Under the pieces are notes generated by a model. The model had not been told where the DNA came from, made no database searches, and saw only the letters and a program-made list of their open reading frames with translations. 64,000 bases of DNA from Amphiscolops sp. MND2022 (lineage: Eukaryota). Positions 59,739 through 64,000 of this stretch are shown here, piece after piece. Where the stretch lies: the NCBI GenBank assembly GCA_964187785.1, contig OZ076409.1, positions 80,538,001 to 80,602,000 on the forward strand. The letters are read 5' to 3'. The translations under genes were made by a program, and so were the position numbers. The stretch's first letter is position 1. Each line of letters begins with the position of its first letter.

Positions 59739-62700
59739 ATGGAAGACGACACTTTCACTCGAAAAGCCCCCGCTCTTTACCAGTTACGCAAAAAAGCTGA
59801 AGCAGAACTTCTTGAAGTTCATGGCGCACTAAAAGAATCAGTCAGTTCTCAAGATCGTCGTGTACGTGTAAATAAACTAGTTCAAAAAAGTATTGAACGT
59901 ATGCAATCACTATTTGAGCGGAATGACGCATTGCTCAAACTCTCCAAAAACTCCAAGCATCCGGAAAGACTAGCAACAGAGTTGGAAAACTATTTGAGTA
60001 CTGTCACTTCAAAACATGATGATGTTCTGAAAGTTACCAGTAGGTACCTTGAAGCTTTGACCGATGATGGAAAACCTGCAATTGAAGTTGAGCAAGCAGA
60101 AAAGATATCTCAAAAAACGCACTCCGTCCAATCAAAAATCGCGAAATCTCAAAAATCATCGGAAAAAGACTTTTCACGTAAGTCTGCTTCGGTGTCCATG
60201 ACTTCAAGTGAGAAAAAGCGACAGCTGCTTGTGGCTCGTTTAAGACGTGAGGAAATTGAAAAGCAGAACGAGGCAGAGATGCGCCTAGCGACGCAAAGAA
60301 AACAGCAGGAATTAGAAGAGCTTGCCGAAAAGAACCGGCAACGTCTCGTTTTGGCCAAAATTGATGAAGTCGAACTTCTGGATGATGAATTGGCTGTAGA
60401 GGAAGAAAATATTCTCCCTGATGTCTTCTCCGCACATGCCAGCCCTGCACACGAGGAACGCACCGAGTCATGGGTAAACGCCGTACCCACCGGTGGCTTG
60501 ACAGGTTTCGCAACTTTTGACCCGCAAAATGTTTTCTGTTCCCCATTAGATCAAGTTACTGATCATCATCGAACATCTGTTTCTGTTCAGGGGCCATCGT
60601 GTATTAGCTTTGACCGAAATTTCCTATGCGCATCCACTGCGTTCAATCCATCACGTGTTTTCGAACCATCGGCTCAACCCAACGCTGTTGCCGATGCACC
60701 AATAGCTGTGCCAACCGACGATGAGCGTTTTTTGAAAAATACAACGCTAGCTAACTTGAAACCATCACCAACGTCGAACCCACCGACTGGTCGCATTACT
60801 GTTAAGGATCCACCTGGTGGCAGTAAAGAGCCAGTTACTATCAAAGACCTTGCAGAATTGTTCACTTTGAGTCGCAAAGATGCACTGCCCGAATGGAACC
60901 TTTCTGAGTTCGACGGCGACCCTTTGAAATGGCCTGAATGGTTTGGTCAATTCAATAGCACTGTAGATTCCGCTGCAATCTCTGACGATGCAAAGATGAA
61001 TTACTTGAAGACATATGTCAAAGGCGAGGCTGCTTCAGAGATAGCTCATCTAGCGTATTGCGGGACTATGTATAAGGAAGCACTCGAAGCTCTGCAACGA
61101 AAATTCGGTCAACCCCACAGCATTGTAGCTGCCCACCTTGAGAGACTAAATAACTATCCTCAGGTCAAAATGCACAACTCTGAAGCAATCATTGCTTTCA
61201 CTGGAATTGTTGCAAGTTTGGTGGGGGTGTTCCGATCGCTTAAGTACGACTCTGACTTGAAAAGTACTACGCTCTTGAATCAAGTAGTTTCAAAGTTACC
61301 ACCAAACATGAAAGAAGGTTGGTCACTAAATGTAGTTCGAAAGCGTTTTGTCCGTCCTTCTCTGATCGACTTCAAGGATTGGCTACAAGAAAAAGGTGAC
61401 GCTCACTACCGAATGCGCACACTTCATTCTTCAACTCAACCAAAACTGGACTCCAAGAGTCAGGTAGTGAAATCAAAAACCTTCTCGCGTTCGTTTCAAG
61501 CCAGTTCGACCAATCCAGTGCGCAAAAATGCGACCAGTCTCCCAAAATGCGTTGCTTGCAACGAAACGCATTTTCTTTGGCGTTGTACAAAGTTCAAGCA
61601 AAAAACGCCCACTGAACGCGCAAAACTAGTGGCAGAAAGTAAACTTTGTTTCTCGTGCTTACAGCCCGACCATTCCTTTCGAAATTGTAGCAGGTCTCTG
61701 AAGTGTTCGAAAGAAGGATGCAACAGCTCACACAATACACTGTTACACGGTGCGGACAGAGTTTTCCCGATTCGGGAAACAACGCAGGAAACACAGAAGT
61801 CGAAAACGCACCTGAAACAGTCTGTCACAGAAAATGCATCCTTTTCAGCGTCCGCAACTGGCGTCAAAGGTCTTTTACAAATTTCACGACTTTCCGTATC
61901 CGCACAAGAACGAAGTGTAAACACATTAGCACTCTGTGATTCTGCCTGTAGTCACTCCTGGATATCAGCTGACCTTTCGAAAAAGCTGGGTTTGACCGGC
62001 AAACCCCTACGTTTGACCGTCAGTGGCATCAACACACAAGAAATTATCGACACGACACAAGTAAAAATTCGAATTGCGTCATGCGATAAAGAAAATGATT
62101 TCGCCTTAGAAATTGCGCCCTTTGTAAAGAACGACATCAACGTGGGAACAGATACTATTGATGTGAATCAGTTACAGCGGGAGTATCCTCATCTTGCCCC
62201 TCTTTCATTGCAAAACTACACGTATTCCGACGTCCACGTTATCCTAGGTCAAGATGCTTTTGCTGCAATCCGCCCAATCGAATACTTCGATTGTGAACAA
62301 CCGAATACTCCAGTAGCCGTCCGACTCCCGATTGGTTGGGTACTAAGTGGCCCTATGAAATCATCTACTTGTCTGCTATCGTTGTGTTTCAAAGTAAACA
62401 ACAGCGACTTCGATTTGTCCGAGCAAATACGGTCTTGGTATGAAATGGACTCATTCGCTGCTTACAAACAAGTTGACCTGCGTTCACAATCCGACCAACG
62501 CGCGTTGGAAATGTTAAAGTCGTCTACTTTTTTCGACGGTGAGCGGTATTCTGTAGGCATGCTTTGGGCGGAAAACAATTTGACCCTACCAGACAATTAT
62601 TTTTCGTCCCTAGCACAACTGAAATCGCTCGAGAAACGCTTCGAGAGGGATAGCGATTTGCAAAAGCGTTACTCTGAAACAATCAAAGTTGATCTCGAAA

Positions 62701-64000
62701 AAGGTTATATTGTCCAAGTTCCAGCTTACAGAAAAAATAGTCGAACGTCAAAAGAGTGGTATCTACCACACCACCCAGTATTGAACCCCAACAAACCGGG
62801 TAAAGTCCGGAGGGTACTAAATGGAGCGGCTAAGTTTCAGGGACAGTCACTGAACAATAACTTGCTCATTGGACCAGACCTTCTACAAAATCTGGTGTAC
62901 GTTCTGTTACGTTTTCGAGAACATCAATTTGCTGTTTCAGCAGACATTGAGGGTATGTTTTTACAAGTTGGCGTCCCAGCAGAAGATCAACCCTCCCTTC
63001 GTTTTTTGTGGCGGGAGGATCCACGTGATGAGGTGTCAATCTTCCAATATACTCGTCACATCTTTGGGGCAAAGGATTCCCCAACTTGTGCAAATTTTGC
63101 TCTTCAACAGACTGGCCGTGATAATCAGGCACAATTCCCTGAAGTAGCAAATGCCATTGAGGAAAAATTCTATATGGACGACTATCTGGACTCTGCTGAA
63201 TCTGTAGATGTGATTCTTGAACGATGTGAAAGTTTAGTCCGAGTTCTCAAAAAAGGAGGGTTCAAACTAACCAAGTTTGTCAGCAACGTGCCCACTATCG
63301 GCTTGAAACTAAATGATGATGAAAAAGGAGAAGAAGACCCCACCGATTCTAGTCAACTTCTATTGCAAACCGCTGCACCATCTTCCTCTCATGTGCTTGG
63401 TCTCAAATGGGATCATAACGCAGATAGTCTCGTTGTCAGTAGAGGAGTGTGCAAGGCGTATGACAACCACGTTACACAACGCGTAGTGCTGTCTGGTGTT
63501 TCGTCTGTTTTCGACCCACTTGGTCTTGTCGCTCCGTTTACAGTCAAAGCAAGAATACTGCTGAAGGAAATTTGGCGCTCCCAAGGTCAAAACTGGGACA
63601 ACACCCTTCCGCTTAATTTCCAACGTGCCTTCAAAGAATGGTCCTTGGAACTGCCCCAGTTATCCAAAATAACCATCAAACGAAGTTACTTCAGAAACAT
63701 GACTGAAATCCCAGAACTTCATATTTTTGGTGATGCGTCTCAAGATGCCTTTAGCGCAGTGGCATTTCTCCGTTGTAGAGTAGTCCAACCCGGTGGAAAC
63801 CACGAAACCGAATTGTCGTTCGTGTTTGGGAAAGCACGTGTAGCCCCAATGAAAGCACTTTCAATACCAAAACTTGAGCTTCAAGCGGCTTTATTGGCTG
63901 CCAGACTGAAAGAACTGATTTGTAAAGCACTAACTTTTGAAATCTCTTCTATTTTCCTTTGGACAGATAGTACTACAGTTTTACAGTGGTTACAATCAAC
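59739..64000 (+). CDS. gag-pol: BEL/Pao gag-pol polyprotein, apparently open from ATG 59739 to the window edge (about 1,420 codons, incomplete)
   Basis: LPEWNLSEFDGDPLKWPEWFGQF (DUF1759-like gag); three Cys/His motifs CVACNETHFLWRC, CFSCLQPDHSFRNC, CSKEGCNSSHNTLLH; LCDSACSHSWI (protease); WYLPHHPV, ADIEGMFLQV, HIFGAKDSP, YMDD (63171-63182); FDPLG, HIFGDASQ, IPKLELQAA, WTDSTTVLQW. The terminal WTDS codons are in frame with the ATG (63960-59739 = 3 x 1407). Confidence 0.95.
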   Translation, partial: MEDDTFTRKAPALYQLRKKAEAELLEVHGALKESVSSQDRRVRVNKLVQKSIERMQSLFERNDALLKLSKNSKHPERLATELENYLSTVTSKHDDVLKVTSRYLEALTDDGKPAIEVEQAEKISQKTHSVQSKIAKSQKSSEKDFSRKSASVSMTSSEKKRQLLVARLRREEIEKQNEAEMRLATQRKQQELEELAEKNRQRLVLAKIDEVELLDDELAVEEENILPDVFSAHASPAHEERTESWVNAVPTGGLTGFATFDPQNVFCSPLDQVTDHHRTSVSVQGPSCISFDRNFLCASTAFNPSRVFEPSAQPNAVADAPIAVPTDDERFLKNTTLANLKPSPTSNPPTGRITVKDPPGGSKEPVTIKDLAELFTLSRKDALPEWNLSEFDGDPLKWPEWFGQFNSTVDSAAISDDAKMNYLKTYVKGEAASEIAHLAYCGTMYKEALEALQRKFGQPHSIVAAHLERLNNYPQVKMHNSEAIIAFTGIVASLVGVFRSLKYDSDLKSTTLLNQVVSKLPPNMKEGWSLNVVRKRFVRPSLIDFKDWLQEKGDAHYRMRTLHSSTQPKLDSKSQVVKSKTFSRSFQASSTNPVRKNATSLPKCVACNETHFLWRCTKFKQKTPTERAKLVAESKLCFSCLQPDHSFRNCSRSLKCSKEGCNSSHNTLLHGADRVFPIRETTQETQKSKTHLKQSVTENASFSASATGVKGLLQISRLSVSAQERSVNTLALCDSACSHSWISADLSKKLGLTGKPLRLTVSGINTQEIIDTTQVKIRIASCDKENDFALEIAPFVKNDINVGTDTIDVNQLQREYPHLAPLSLQNYTYSDVHVILGQDAFAAIRPIEYFDCEQPNTPVAVRLPIGWVLSGPMKSSTCLLSLCFKVNNSDFDLSEQIRSWYEMDSFAAYKQVDLRSQSDQRALEMLKSSTFFDGERYSVGMLWAENNLTLPDNYFSSLAQLKSLEKRFERDSDLQKRYSETIKVDLEKGYIVQVPAYRKNSRTSKEWYLPHHPVLNPNKPGKVRRVLNGAAKFQGQSLNNNLLIGPDLLQNLVYVLLRFREHQFAVSADIEGMFLQVGVPAEDQPSLRFLWREDPRDEVSIFQYTRHIFGAKDSPTCANFALQQTGRDNQAQFPEVANAIEEKFYMDDYLDSAESVDVILERCESLVRVLKKGGFKLTKFVSNVPTIGLKLNDDEKGEEDPTDSSQLLLQTAAPSSSHVLGLKWDHNADSLVVSRGVCKAYDNHVTQRVVLSGVSSVFDPLGLVAPFTVKARILLKEIWRSQGQNWDNTLPLNFQRAFKEWSLELPQLSKITIKRSYFRNMTEIPELHIFGDASQDAFSAVAFLRCRVVQPGGNHETELSFVFGKARVAPMKALSIPKLELQAALLAARLKELICKALTFEISSIFLWTDSTTVLQWLQS

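Noticed and set aside
60034-63623. Minus-strand and alternate-frame ORFs over the Pao and Copia coding regions
   Set aside because: These are shadow ORFs of long intact sense frames with no independent motifs.

Overview
Eukaryotic, AT-rich (GC roughly 35-40% by eye), repeat-dominated window, probably from an invertebrate animal (inference). I recognise no host gene; almost everything I could assign is transposable-element sequence of different ages. From left to right: (1) a deleted BEL/Pao remnant (about 2.5-3.9 kb, minus); (2) a decayed Ty3/Gypsy element A (about 3.9-15.3 kb, minus) with gag-PR-macrodomain-RT-RH-IN, an accessory region and a Cys-rich env-like gene; (3) a near-identical 9,498-9,499 bp tandem duplication (7468-16966 / 16967-26465) copying most of element A plus a 47-bp dyad-containing satellite; (4) tRNA-like fragments and a very old Gypsy remnant C (27.8-30.2 kb, minus); (5) a non-LTR RT fragment; (6) a decayed Gypsy element B (34.1-43.2 kb, plus) with a TARG1-like macrodomain, antisense ORF remnants and a class-I-like env; (7) hairpin-rich MITE-like modules; (8) a young Ty1/Copia element with a 1,565-bp internal tandem duplication; (9) a three-layer MITE nest with two perfect 8-bp TSDs; (10) an apparently intact BEL/Pao gag-pol running off the right edge. 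The Pao gag-pol is preceded by a structured leader and a candidate 862-bp LTR (TGTTG...CAACA) containing a complete 219-aa SGNH-hydrolase-like ORF, which is the best candidate for an undescribed system. All domain calls are by-eye motif recognition; no database search was run.
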